Shown: piece by piece, positions 38,109 through 47,922 of the stretch
How positions within the stretch are numbered: position 1 is the stretch's first letter
Layout of the letters: each line of letters begins with the position of its first letter
DNA from: Thermoplasmata archaeon
GTDB lineage: Archaea; Thermoplasmatota; SW-10-69-26; JACQPN01; JAJPHT01
DNA: 64,000 bases
NCBI GenBank assembly: GCA_034667685.1
Contig: JAXDQU010000118.1
Location: 17,493-81,492, forward strand
Direction: 5' to 3'
Notes under the pieces: generated by a model
The model's input: the letters and a program-made list of their open reading frames with translations, nothing else
Told to the model about the DNA's origin: nothing
Databases searched by the model: none
Program-made: the position numbers and the translations under genes

Positions 38109-38209
38109 GACGCGCGCCGCGGCGCCGCGTCGAAGAAGTCCATGTGAGGCCGATCCCGACGGCGGCTTCAGCCGCCGGAGAGGCTTCGGCCGAAACATGG
38201 ACTTCTGAG
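38095..38209. repeat. Direct-inverted-direct triplication of the thermosome 3' end
   Basis: ACATGGACTTCTGAG at 38095 and 38195; AGAAGTCCATGT at 38134-38145. Confidence 0.9.
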
Positions 38210-38300
38210 GCCCCGCGCAGCATAGGCTCGGGCCGCTCCGCGGCCCTTCCCTTTCTTTTCGCATACTATTGTCGGGTTACTGTTAAGTCCGGGCGCCAAG

Positions 38301-40403
38301 GTGCTCAAGTTCGTGCGCGGGGGTCGAAGGGGCGTGAGTCGACGGTTCCTCCTCTTCGCGGTCCTCGCGCTGCTCGTGGCGCCCGGATGCCTCTCCTCCC
38401 CGGCGCCCCCGCCGCCTCCCCAGGGGACCGTGGCCGCGCCGCACGTGGGCGACCGCTTCGAATACGCCCGCGGCGACAACTCCGAGCCCACCACCGCCTA
38501 CGCGTGGGAGGAGCCCAAGACGATCTCCGACGCGTGGGGCGTGCCCGTGCGGGTCGACGTGCTCTCGGTCCTGTCCAGCAACTGGAAGGGAAACGCCATG
38601 CGCGCGGACTTCCTGGGCGGCCGCGGCGTGCTGGTCGCCACCGAGCGCGAGGGGACCGTCTACCGCGGCTCGGGACCGCACGACATCGACCGGGACTACG
38701 ACGCATGGTCCGGCGTCTACGGCATCGTCCGCGAGGGATCGTGCGCGCTCCGCAACCCGTGGCAGGGCCACCCCCTGGCCGGCCTCGACGGCGCCGCGCT
38801 GACGTGCGTGGTCGACGGCATCGCCAACGGCACGCTCCGCCTCGCCGGGGTCGACGCGCTCAACGGCCAGGCGCTCTGGCACTTCCGCATCCTCCAGGAC
38901 GACCGGGAGCTTGCGGCCGTCTGGCTCGCGGAGGACGACCCGTATCCCGTGGTGCTGAACGGCTGCGCGCCGAGCCTCGCGGAAGCCTGCGCCCTCCCCA
39001 CGGCGCTCCGCCACGGCCTGGTCCAGATCCGGTTCACGCGCGGCGGGGGCGGGCCGCTTTCCGCGCCGCAGCCCGACCCGGCGGACCCGGCGCCGCCGCC
39101 CCGGCCGCTCGTGGACGACGCGCCCGGCGACTCCGGCTTCGCCAACTTCTCCCTGGGCGAGGCGGCCGCGGCCATCCGCGCCGACGTCTCGCTGACGCAG
39201 TTCCAGGCCTGGCTCTCCGGCCATCCGGACGCCTACCTCGTGGGCGCCGCGTGGAACCGCGCCGAGCCCAGCCTCGGAGGCGCCTCCCTTCCGGCCGACC
39301 TTGCCCACGTCGAGACGTGGCGCCTGACCTGGATCGCCTCCGACCAGACCAACTGGACGATCCAGAGCAGCAAGAGCGTGGGGTGCCCCGTCGAGCTGCC
39401 CGGCGCGCATTGCGGCGTCGCCAACGAGCAGTCGTCGCCGCTCTGGTCCGACCTCGCCTACCTGGACGCGCGCCCCAGCGCCGCCGTCGACCTGGCGTGG
39501 TTCTTCGCCCAGGCGCGCGCGGCGCAGACGCCCGGAAGCCACGTCGCGAGCCTGAGCTATCGTTTCACGAGCGGCCACCGCTCCGGCGAGCCCCCCGTCC
39601 TGTGGCCCACCGTGCAGGTGGCCACGCTCCCCGACCCCGCCGCGACGCCGCTCGGGCAGGGCTTCGGCTGGGTCAACAACGGGTGGTACGACCTGGGCAG
39701 CGGCGCCCTGCGGACCTGGAGCGGGCCGGAGGACGACGCCATCGGCTCCCCCTCGGGCGCCGCCCCGACGCACCTCGCGCAGCAGGCCCTGCCGCCGGCC
39801 GACGCGCCGCTCTTGGTCGCCGCGGAGCGGTCGGTCCTCCTCGTGGGCGGCCTCGGCCTCGTGGTCGGCCTGCTGTCCTGGAGCGCCCCCCGCGCCCCCG
39901 CCCTCTTCGCCGCGCTCTACACGCGCATGACGCGCTCCTCCGCCCTCGACCATCCGCGCCGCGCGGCGATCCATGCGCTCGTGCGGGCGGAGCCGGGCAT
40001 CGCGACGGGCGAGATCGCGCTCCGTCTCCACGCGGGCGAGGGGGCGACGCGGCACCACCTCGACGTGCTGCGGCGCATGGGCATCCTCACGAGCCTCGTG
40101 GCCGGCGGCAGCGTGCGCTGGTTCGTCGCGGGCGCGCTGGAGCGTTCGCGCATGGCGCGCGAGGCGGTACTGGCGGGCGAGGGGGCGGAGGCGCGGGCGT
40201 TGCGGCTCATCGAGCGCGCGCCCGGCGTCCACGCGGCGCAATTGGCGCGCGAGCTTGGCGTCTCGCGGCCCGCGGTGCACCTGACGTTGCGGAGGCTCGG
40301 GCAGAAGGGGCTCGTCCGCGAGGAAGATCAAGGGGCGCGGCGCGCGCTCTTCCCGGCCGTGGAGCCCTACGGCTCCGGCTCCTCGGTGTCCTCGGTCCCC
40401 TGA
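38301..40403 (+). CDS. Lipoprotein with extracellular domain, TM and tandem winged-HTH (COG3398-like)
   Basis: LLVAPGC lipobox; TM near residue 510; LYTR...LDHPRR...EPG...HHLDVL and a second wHTH. Start may be GTG 38334. Confidence 0.8.
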   Translation: MLKFVRGGRRGVSRRFLLFAVLALLVAPGCLSSPAPPPPPQGTVAAPHVGDRFEYARGDNSEPTTAYAWEEPKTISDAWGVPVRVDVLSVLSSNWKGNAMRADFLGGRGVLVATEREGTVYRGSGPHDIDRDYDAWSGVYGIVREGSCALRNPWQGHPLAGLDGAALTCVVDGIANGTLRLAGVDALNGQALWHFRILQDDRELAAVWLAEDDPYPVVLNGCAPSLAEACALPTALRHGLVQIRFTRGGGGPLSAPQPDPADPAPPPRPLVDDAPGDSGFANFSLGEAAAAIRADVSLTQFQAWLSGHPDAYLVGAAWNRAEPSLGGASLPADLAHVETWRLTWIASDQTNWTIQSSKSVGCPVELPGAHCGVANEQSSPLWSDLAYLDARPSAAVDLAWFFAQARAAQTPGSHVASLSYRFTSGHRSGEPPVLWPTVQVATLPDPAATPLGQGFGWVNNGWYDLGSGALRTWSGPEDDAIGSPSGAAPTHLAQQALPPADAPLLVAAERSVLLVGGLGLVVGLLSWSAPRAPALFAALYTRMTRSSALDHPRRAAIHALVRAEPGIATGEIALRLHAGEGATRHHLDVLRRMGILTSLVAGGSVRWFVAGALERSRMAREAVLAGEGAEARALRLIERAPGVHAAQLARELGVSRPAVHLTLRRLGQKGLVREEDQGARRALFPAVEPYGSGSSVSSVP

Positions 40404-40595
40404 CGAAGGTCCCAGGCGAAGACGGGGCGCTCGGGAAGCGGGCGTTCGACCTCACGCACGGGCGCCGGGGACTTGGGCCGGGGCATGGGGGTGAGTCCGC
40501 CCTGCCCATGCAAATCCCTTCCCTCAGTTTCGGGCCCGCCTCCCTGGGCGGACCTCCGGAGGAGGGTCAAGCCACCCTGCGCGCTGGTGGCCGTC

Positions 40596-40949
40596 ATGGC
40601 CGATCCCGAAGAGACGAGCCGCGCCATCCTCTACCTGCTCTACGAAGGGCACACGCACGAGGAGATCCTCGCGCTCCATCCCACGCTGACGCGCGACGAC
40701 ATCGCGCGGGCCGCGGGCGAGGGGCTCGCGGCGCTGGAGACGCAGGGGCTCGCGCGGGTGGAGTCGCGCGCCGAGCGCATCGCGCGCCTGCGCGTCACGC
40801 ACCCCAACGCGTACGCGCCCTGGAGCGCGGAGGAGGACGCGCGCCTGCTCGCCCTCGCGGCGGAGGATCGGACGATCCGCCAGATGGCGGCGGAGCTGGG
40901 CCGGCACGCGGGGGCGATCCGGGCGCGGCTCGAAAAGCTTCAGCCGTAG
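40596..40949 (+). CDS. DUF433-like plus Myb/HTH-like small protein
   Basis: GHTHEEILALHPTLTRDDI; PWSAEEDARL...MAAELGR...IRARL. Confidence 0.7.
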   Translation: MADPEETSRAILYLLYEGHTHEEILALHPTLTRDDIARAAGEGLAALETQGLARVESRAERIARLRVTHPNAYAPWSAEEDARLLALAAEDRTIRQMAAELGRHAGAIRARLEKLQP

Positions 40950-42340
40950 GGCGCCAGCGCCGCGCCCCCGAGAAGGCTCGGCCCGGCGGTCACGACGGCG
41001 ACCTTGAGGTCGTCGCCGTGCGAGGCGTCGGCGCTCGCGCACTTGTCGCAGCCGTCCGCGTAGACGACGTAGACGCGCCCGTCGCGCTGCGCCATGCCCA
41101 GGAAGTCGCCCAGGTTGCGGCAGGCGTTCTCGCCGCCGCTCTGCCAGATGCAGCCGATCTGCACGGGGTCGTCGGCGGGCGTGACGCGCAGCGAGGAGAT
41201 CGTGGGGTTGGCGTCCGTGGCCGAGGTGAGGAACGTGACGTAGAGGTGCCAGACCGCGTCGGCCGGCGCCTCCTGCGCGGCCTTGCCGGGCCAGCCGCTC
41301 GTGTCGGCGGTCGTGCCGAGGTAGGCGATCGCCACGCGCCCCGCGTCGCCCGCGACGAGCGCGCTGAAGGCCGTGCTGTTGACGCCGGGCGCCGAGACGA
41401 CGACGGGCTTCGACCAGGTGGCGCCTTCGTCCGTGGAGCGCGTGAGGTACATGCGCCCGTCCTTGCCGCCGAACGCGACGTAGGCGTTGCCCGCGCCGTC
41501 CACGCCCGCGCCCGGGTTGGGCTCGTAGGGGTTCGACGTGCCCACGAGGCCCTGCCCCTGCGGCTCGCCGGCGCCCAGGGTGCCCGCCTCGGTGATGGCC
41601 GCGACCTTCCACGTCTGGCCCGCGTCCTTGGAGACCGCGACGTGCATGCCGTCGCAGCGCGGGATGGGGACGAAGACCGTGCCGTCGGGCGCCGCGGCGG
41701 GCGCGCCGTTGAGCCCGTCCTCGCAGCCATCCGCCGGGAGCACCTGCGTGCCGAGGCTCCACGTCGTGCCGCCATCCAGGCTCACGTCGACGAACGTCCC
41801 GTCCTGGCCGATGGGCAGCGGCGTGCTCCGGAAGCTGTTGTAGCTGTAGTAGACCACGTCGGGGTAGCCGCTGGTGCTCACACCCTTGGGTGGCGGGCCG
41901 GTGACGAGGCTCTGGTGGTCGTGCCCGGGGAGGCCGCAGCCGCCCGCGGGGTTCCAGGTCCACGACTTGGCGCCATCGTCGCTCCACATCAGGTTCGAGC
42001 AGACGACGTTGTCGGGGGCGCTGAAGATGCGGTCGGTGCGCGGGTCGACCCAGACGTAGGGGTCGAGGTCGGGGCGCGGCCGCGGGTCGGCGACGTTGGC
42101 CCACGTCTTGCCCTGGTCGCCGCTCTTCCAGACCTGCGCGCCCCCGCCGGTCGCGTAGATGCTGCCATCCTTCGTGACGCCGATCGTGGGCTCCGAGCCG
42201 GTGGCGGGGACGTCGAGGATGCGGGCCGCGAGGGCCGGGGCGGCGGGCGCGCCGGTGGAGGCGGATTGGAGCTGCGAGGCGGGCGTTACGCATCCCGCCA
42301 CGAGGGCGAGAAGGAGGGCGAGGGCCAGGGCGAGGCGCAT
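40940..42340 (-). CDS. Sialidase-like (BNR/Asp-box) lipoprotein
   Basis: LVAGC lipobox; five SxDxGxTW-type repeats. Confidence 0.85.
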   Translation of the reverse strand: MRLALALALLLALVAGCVTPASQLQSASTGAPAAPALAARILDVPATGSEPTIGVTKDGSIYATGGGAQVWKSGDQGKTWANVADPRPRPDLDPYVWVDPRTDRIFSAPDNVVCSNLMWSDDGAKSWTWNPAGGCGLPGHDHQSLVTGPPPKGVSTSGYPDVVYYSYNSFRSTPLPIGQDGTFVDVSLDGGTTWSLGTQVLPADGCEDGLNGAPAAAPDGTVFVPIPRCDGMHVAVSKDAGQTWKVAAITEAGTLGAGEPQGQGLVGTSNPYEPNPGAGVDGAGNAYVAFGGKDGRMYLTRSTDEGATWSKPVVVSAPGVNSTAFSALVAGDAGRVAIAYLGTTADTSGWPGKAAQEAPADAVWHLYVTFLTSATDANPTISSLRVTPADDPVQIGCIWQSGGENACRNLGDFLGMAQRDGRVYVVYADGCDKCASADASHGDDLKVAVVTAGPSLLGGAALAPYG

Positions 42341-42388
42341 GCGCCGGGAGCCGGCGAGGTGGCTAAGGCGATTCTGGTCCGACCCTTG

Positions 42389-43549
42389 TCATGGCAGCAG
42401 GAAGAACGCCGTGCCCAGGATCAGGTAGACCATGAGGAGCAGCGCGCCCTCGAACCAGTTGCTCTCCCCGTCGTAGGCCACGAGGTTGAGCACGAGCACG
42501 CTGGCGCCCATCGCGACGACCTCCAGGAGCGGGAAGGCGAGGGAGAGCGGCTGCGCGAAGGGCTGGCTGAGGAACACCAGGAGCGGCGCGACGAAGAGCG
42601 CGATCTGGATGCTGCTCGCGGTGGCGACCTGGAGGGAGGCGTTCATGCGGTTCTTCCACGCCAGCGAGACGGCGCTCCAGTGCTCGGCGGCGTTGGCGAC
42701 GATCGCGAGCACGATGGCGCCCACGAAGAGGTCGGTCCAGCCCAGCTCGCGCGCTGCGTCCGAGATGGTGTCGGTGAGCGCCGCCGCCGCGAAGGCCGCG
42801 GCGATCGTCGCGAGCGCCAGGACCACGAGCGCCTTGCGCAGGCTCCAGACGCTGCGCTGCGCGTGCGTGTGCGTGCCGGGCGCGTGGATCACCGAGGGGC
42901 CGTGCGACGCCGCGGCCGCCTCGGTGCCCGGCTCGAAGAGGTGGCGGTGCGTGCGCAGGCTGAACACGAGGCCCAGGCCGTAGGTCACGAGGAGCCCGAC
43001 GCTCAGGACGATGCTCAGGCGGTTGACGTCGACCGGGTGGTCCTTCACGAGGATCGGCGCGAAGGCGGGCACGAAGAGCGCCAGCACCGCGAGGAAGAGC
43101 AGCGTGGCCTGCACGTTGGCCGCCTTGCCCCCGAACGTCTGCGTGCGGTGCTTGAGGCCCCCGGCGAGCATCGCGGTGCCCAGCACGAGAAGGATGTTGG
43201 CGAGGATCGAGCCCGTGATCTCGGCCTGCACGACGCGCGGCAGCCCCTTCGCCAGCGCGAGGTAGCCGATGAGCAGCTCGACCGAGTTTGATAGCGTGGC
43301 GAGGACGACGCTTCCCAGGCCGTGGCCCAGGCGCATGGCGAGCGCCTCGGTGGAGAGGCCGATCACGTAGGCGAGGGGGACGAGCGCGAGGCCGCTGGCG
43401 AGGAACGCGAGCGTGGGGTGCCCGGCGCGCGCGGCCCAGAGCCCCACCGGAAGCCCCGCGAGCAGGAGGTAGAGGGCGTGCACGGCGCGGACGCGGCGCG
43501 GCGGCGAGGGCTCCACCTCGCGCGCGGAGACCTCGACCACCTGGGGCAC
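42389..43549 (-). CDS. Ca2+/H+ antiporter (CAX family)
   Basis: [43 protein letters not shown]. Confidence 0.93.
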   Translation of the reverse strand: MPQVVEVSAREVEPSPPRRVRAVHALYLLLAGLPVGLWAARAGHPTLAFLASGLALVPLAYVIGLSTEALAMRLGHGLGSVVLATLSNSVELLIGYLALAKGLPRVVQAEITGSILANILLVLGTAMLAGGLKHRTQTFGGKAANVQATLLFLAVLALFVPAFAPILVKDHPVDVNRLSIVLSVGLLVTYGLGLVFSLRTHRHLFEPGTEAAAASHGPSVIHAPGTHTHAQRSVWSLRKALVVLALATIAAAFAAAALTDTISDAARELGWTDLFVGAIVLAIVANAAEHWSAVSLAWKNRMNASLQVATASSIQIALFVAPLLVFLSQPFAQPLSLAFPLLEVVAMGASVLVLNLVAYDGESNWFEGALLLMVYLILGTAFFLLP

Positions 43550-43648
43550 GCGTGCGCGACGGGCGGCGCGCGAATGAAGCTATTCCGAGACGGGCGACCC
43601 CAATGGTCTTATAGGGGAGCGGGGATCGGCCCTTCCTCGGGTGCTGCC

Positions 43649-43924
43649 ATGGCCACGAAGAAGTCTGCTCCCCACGTCGAGGAGAAGTTCATGCGCTTCG
43701 AGCGGGCCCGCATCATCGGCGCCCGCGCGCTCCAGATCGCCATGGGCGCTCCGGTCATCCTGAACGTCGAGCGCGGCTTCCTCGACCCCGTCTCCCTCGC
43801 GGAGCGCGAGTTCAAGGAGGGCCTGATCCCGATCACCGTGATCCGGCCCACGCACATGACGCCGCGCCGCAAGAAGCCGACCATCACGGTCACGCCCAAG
43901 TTCATGCGCACCAAGAGCGCCTGA
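43649..43924 (+). CDS. rpoK: RNA polymerase subunit K (Rpo6)
   Basis: [20 protein letters not shown]...IPITV; CTTATA box near 43608. Confidence 0.95.
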   Translation: MATKKSAPHVEEKFMRFERARIIGARALQIAMGAPVILNVERGFLDPVSLAEREFKEGLIPITVIRPTHMTPRRKKPTITVTPKFMRTKSA

Positions 43925-44172
43925 TCGCGCATCGGCGTCGGCTCCTGCTATCGAAAAGGGACGGAGCAGAGCCCCCGGGTCGGGTTATGGGACGAACCGA
44001 CCGACGCATCATGGAGGAACCCGCCTTGCGGACGGGTGGATACGGTCAGAGCGGCGAGTGATTGGCTCGCGGAGCCCTGCTCCGGGATTCGTGTGGCGCT
44101 CTCGCCTATTTCTACGTTTCAGCGGAGACGTGGGGCGCCACGGCACCTGCCGACAAGCGCCGGTGTGGTCGC

Positions 44173-44727
44173 TCACCTGGAATCGGGGGCTGACGAAGCC
44201 TTGGCCGCCTTTCGCGCGCGCCAAAGCTGCCAACCGGCCACGGCCAGCGCCGCGGGGACCAGGAAGGCGACCATCGCCGCGTCGTTGTCCGTCAGCCAGC
44301 CGTAGACCGGCGTGACCTGCGGGATGCCGCCGTGGCTGCACACGCCATAGTCGGGCGCGAGCGTGTTGGTCTGCGTGTAGACGAGGACGTTCGCGTAGTA
44401 GCAGACCGTGTAGTCGCTCACCGGATAGAACGGGACGACGCCGCCCGTCATCATGTCCATGACGAGGTGGCTGGCGAGGTAGACCAGCGCGATGCCCCAC
44501 CACTGCGCGCGGTCGCGGCGGCCGGCGCGCCAGTCCCAGACGAGGAGCGCGACGAAGGGCACGAGGACGAACACGTTGGTGAACGTCGCGCGGTGGAAGC
44601 CGAGGAAGTAGTCCAGGTCCGGCAGGAACGTCAGGGGCCAGAGGATCCAGACCTTGCGCGCGTCGAGCCGGCGCAGCGCGAGCAGGAAGAGCAGCGGGAC
44701 CGCGCCGTGGACGACTGCGCTTGGCAT
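44173..44727 (-). CDS. Membrane metal-dependent hydrolase (YdjM-like)
   Basis: HG, LPDLD, HRA, SHLVMD...GV..FYP. Confidence 0.8.
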   Translation of the reverse strand: MPSAVVHGAVPLLFLLALRRLDARKVWILWPLTFLPDLDYFLGFHRATFTNVFVLVPFVALLVWDWRAGRRDRAQWWGIALVYLASHLVMDMMTGGVVPFYPVSDYTVCYYANVLVYTQTNTLAPDYGVCSHGGIPQVTPVYGWLTDNDAAMVAFLVPAALAVAGWQLWRARKAAKASSAPDSR

Positions 44728-44730
44728 CGC

Positions 44731-45633
44731 CTACGCTCCGAGCTCCAGCACGTCGTGGTAGTCCATGAAGGCCGCCTGCAACGTGCCCGCGTCGAGCCCC
44801 GCGTCGAGCACGGCCTCCACGAGCCGCGCGCGCAGCCGGCGCCTGGTCTCCTCGTTGAGCAGCGCGGCGTTGTGCGCCATCGCCAGCGGGCTCGGATAGC
44901 CCGGGTACGCCGGGTGGCCCGAGAGCGCGGCCAGGCCGCCGAGCACGCGCGCCGCGTCGCCGTCCGCGGCCATGATATCAAAACGGAAGACGCGCTCCTC
45001 CGCCGCGCAGAGCCGGGCCGCGTACGCCGCGCCGCGCGCGTGGGGGGGCGCGACGAGCGGTGCCATCCACGTCGGGCTGGCGAGGCCGCGCCCCGCGAGG
45101 CGGCACGCCACGAGCGCGGGCGAGGGGCCGATCCGCAGCCGCGTCGACTTGCAGACGCCCACCACGTCGACCTCCGCGCGGCGCGCGTCGGCGAGCATCG
45201 CGTCGAGCGCGGGGAGCGTCAGCGTGCCCGCCAGCGCGCCGTCCAGGAGCAGCAGGTCGCCCCCGCGCAGCTCGCGAAGCGCCTCGCGCGCCGCGGCGAT
45301 CTCGCCGAGCGTGCGCAGCGCGTGCAGCGCCTCGGCGGGCTCCAGCGGGACGCCGCCCAGCGCGGGGTGCGGATCGTCCGGTGATAGCAGAACGAGCGTC
45401 GGCTCCCGCGGCGCGGCGGCGACGGGCGCGCCGGCCTCCAGCCGCACGACGCCCACGCGGTACGCGCCGGCCAGCAGGTCGCCCGCCTCGGCGAGGACGA
45501 CGCTGCTCCCGTCCACCGCGACGACGCGCGGCGGGGCCGGGCGGGGCGCGAAAGACACGAGGCGCGGCGTCTCGCGTGGGATCGCCCCCAGGCGCTGCGC
45601 CAGGCGCGCCGCCACCGCGTCGAGTCCGTCCAT
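44731..45633 (-). CDS. nurA: NurA-family nuclease
   Basis: VAVDGSS, LLLDGAL, VGVCKST, GYPSPLAMAH. Confidence 0.8.
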   Translation of the reverse strand: MDGLDAVAARLAQRLGAIPRETPRLVSFAPRPAPPRVVAVDGSSVVLAEAGDLLAGAYRVGVVRLEAGAPVAAAPREPTLVLLSPDDPHPALGGVPLEPAEALHALRTLGEIAAAREALRELRGGDLLLLDGALAGTLTLPALDAMLADARRAEVDVVGVCKSTRLRIGPSPALVACRLAGRGLASPTWMAPLVAPPHARGAAYAARLCAAEERVFRFDIMAADGDAARVLGGLAALSGHPAYPGYPSPLAMAHNAALLNEETRRRLRARLVEAVLDAGLDAGTLQAAFMDYHDVLELGA

Positions 45634-45836
45634 GCGCGGGCAGCGGGGGCCGGGCATCTAAGACCAGCAGTTTCGGAATCCTCCTGGTCTCCAGGGCGGC
45701 TTGAAAGGTTCCGCGCTCAGTCCTCCGCGCTCGCGGGGTATGTGATATCGATCAACCGGGTGGTGTTAGTAACACGGGTGCAAGCTCGGAACCGATAAGC
45801 ATGCATGGGGAGTTCGAGCGGCCGAGGCTGCAAGAC

Positions 45837-46268
45837 ATGCGAACGATCCTCCTTGGACTGACGCTCCTCCTCGTGACCGCTCTCGTCGCCGACGTGCCGG
45901 TGAAAGCCAATCCCGTCGGCTGCCTCGCGAACGACAGCCTCTGCCAAACGGGCAATTTCTGCGCGGTGAGCGCCTGCTTCGAAGACCAGGATTGCCTGTC
46001 GTCTGGCCGCTGGACCGTCTCGGGGTATGGAAACTCGGCCCCCACGACGTTCTGGGTCACCTGCGGCTCAACGACCATCGCGAGTTGCCAGTCGGCGGAT
46101 CGATACCACCCTTGCACGAGCTCGGGCGCGAGCGCCAGCGGGAGCATGGGCTGCTGGAAGGACAAGGCGGACGCGGAAGGCAGCTGCTGGGATCCGATCG
46201 ATCCTACCCGCGTGATCCCCGCCACCCTCAGCTCGCAGGTGCCTGACCTCTCGGCCATCGTGTCGTAG
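45837..46268 (+). CDS. Secreted Cys-rich protein (10 Cys)
   Basis: Signal peptide MRTILLGLTLLLV; Cys/Ser/Gly-rich mature part. Confidence 0.65.
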   Translation: MRTILLGLTLLLVTALVADVPVKANPVGCLANDSLCQTGNFCAVSACFEDQDCLSSGRWTVSGYGNSAPTTFWVTCGSTTIASCQSADRYHPCTSSGASASGSMGCWKDKADAEGSCWDPIDPTRVIPATLSSQVPDLSAIVS

Positions 46269-46274
46269 TGGCTC

Positions 46275-46796
46275 ATGAACCGGTTCGTCAGGTGGATCAG
46301 GCTTCGGCTCGTTCTCCTCGCCGTGGCGTCGCTGTGCGGATGCGCGAGCGGTCCTCTCGCCGCTCCCTCCGCGACGCACGCCGCCGACGTCACGTTCACC
46401 CGGAGCGAAAGCTTCGACCTGAGCGTCTCCGAGGCGAACGCCGTGGTGCGGTCCGGCGCGGGGCAGAGCTGCGTCCTCGTGCAGTCCGACGGCGCCACGC
46501 GCGTCGTCGGGCACGCCCTCGTCCAATGGTCGGCGCGGCCGCCGAATCCGGCTGCCCTGCGGGTGGGCTGGTTCGACGACGATCATCTTCCCCAGTCCAG
46601 GACGATCTCGGGGCCCTCGCCGCTGGACCTGGGCTTCAACGGAACGGCGCGCGGCCCGAACCACGCGCTCGTCATCTTCGTGGGAGCGACCAACGACAGC
46701 CCCCTCGTCTACGATCAGCCCGCGTCCGCCACGGTGAACCTCACGGCGGAGGGGGACGCGCTCCGGCTCTACGTTTCGTCCTGCGCCGTCAATTGA
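46275..46796 (+). CDS. Hypothetical lipoprotein
   Basis: Basic N-terminus, hydrophobic stretch, LCGC lipobox. Confidence 0.6.
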   Translation: MNRFVRWIRLRLVLLAVASLCGCASGPLAAPSATHAADVTFTRSESFDLSVSEANAVVRSGAGQSCVLVQSDGATRVVGHALVQWSARPPNPAALRVGWFDDDHLPQSRTISGPSPLDLGFNGTARGPNHALVIFVGATNDSPLVYDQPASATVNLTAEGDALRLYVSSCAVN

Positions 46797-46867
46797 CCCG
46801 GGCGCTCGGCGGGTACGCCAAGCTCAAGGACGCCCACGACGTTCTCCATTCCCCGGAGCACGCTGAG

Positions 46868-47032
46868 ATGAGCCCGCGATTCTATGCGCTTCCCGCACTT
46901 CTCGTTGGAATCGCCGCGCTTCTGTTCGGGCTCGTGGAGATGGATCCTCGCGTCAGGTTCGTCGCCGTCGTGGCGGGAACCGTCCTCATCGCGCTCGCCG
47001 TCGAGGGCTGGGCTCGCGCCAGGGGTCAATAG
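46868..47032 (+). CDS. Small two-TM membrane protein
   Basis: MSPRFYALPALLVG...; two hydrophobic helices. Confidence 0.5.
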   Translation: MSPRFYALPALLVGIAALLFGLVEMDPRVRFVAVVAGTVLIALAVEGWARARGQ

Positions 47033-47079
47033 CGGGACCTCCATCGTGGAAAGCTTCAGGTGGAGCCACTGCGCATCGG

Positions 47080-47922
47080 TTGCCCGTGCTCGCGCGGACC
47101 TTCCTCTTCCTGCCGGGCATCGGGCCGGTGCGCGAGCAGCGGCTCTGGAGGAAGGGCGTCGACTCGTGGGACGGCTACCGCGCGCTCCCGCAGGTGAAGG
47201 GCATCCGGCCGCGGCTGAAGGCGCAGCACGACGACCTGCTCGACATCGCCGGGCGCGCGCTGGGCCGCGACGCCGCGCTCTTCGCGCGCCTGCTGCCGCA
47301 GCCCGAGCACTGGCGCTGCTTCGGGTCCTTCGGGCAGGACGTCGCGTACGTGGACATCGAGACGACGGGCGACCGCGAGAACCTCGTCACCGTCGTGGGC
47401 GTGCGCCGCCACGGCCGCGACCGCGCCTTCGTCCGGAAGACGTTCGCCGGCTCGGCCGAGGACGTCGCCGCGGCGGGAGGCGAGCCCTACTCGCCCGCGG
47501 CGGTGAGCGAGGCGCTCGCGGGCGCTTCGTCCCTCGTCACGTTCAACGGCGCCTCGTTCGACCTGCCCATGCTCGCGAACGAGGGCGTGGCCCTGCCCGC
47601 CGCGCCGCACGTGGACCTGCGCGTGGTCTGCGCGCGCGTGGGGCTCACCGGCGGCCTCAAGAAGATCGAGGAGACGCTGGGCTTCGGCCGCACCGGCGAG
47701 CTGGCCGGGCTCTCGGGCTGGGACGCGGTCAAGCTCTGGCGGCGCTGGGAGGACCGGGGCGACGCGGCCGCGCTGCGCACGCTGGTCGCCTACAACGTCG
47801 CCGACTTCGCGAACCTCGAGCCCCTCGCGCGCCTCGCGGTCGATCGCCTCACCGCGCAGACCCTCGAGGGGGCGACGCGCCAGCTCCGCATCGAGGCGCC
47901 GCACGCCGCGCCTACCGCCTGA
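47080..47922 (+). CDS. YprB-like RNase H-fold exonuclease (COG3359)
   Basis: LPGIGP, YVDIETTG, VTFNGASFDLP, GGLKKIE, YNVAD. Confidence 0.88.
   Translation: MPVLARTFLFLPGIGPVREQRLWRKGVDSWDGYRALPQVKGIRPRLKAQHDDLLDIAGRALGRDAALFARLLPQPEHWRCFGSFGQDVAYVDIETTGDRENLVTVVGVRRHGRDRAFVRKTFAGSAEDVAAAGGEPYSPAAVSEALAGASSLVTFNGASFDLPMLANEGVALPAAPHVDLRVVCARVGLTGGLKKIEETLGFGRTGELAGLSGWDAVKLWRRWEDRGDAAALRTLVAYNVADFANLEPLARLAVDRLTAQTLEGATRQLRIEAPHAAPTA

Noticed and set aside
37058-43291. 2077-aa ORF and other long Arg/Ala/Gly-rich ORFs (for example 8365-10392, 33640-35838, 51519-54029)
   Set aside because: Shadow frames of high-GC genes; they overlap well-supported CDSs and carry no motifs.
43924-44172. SRP RNA or RNase P RNA
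   Set aside because: Helix-8 and P4 signature sequences not found on either strand; kept only as an unknown structured region.
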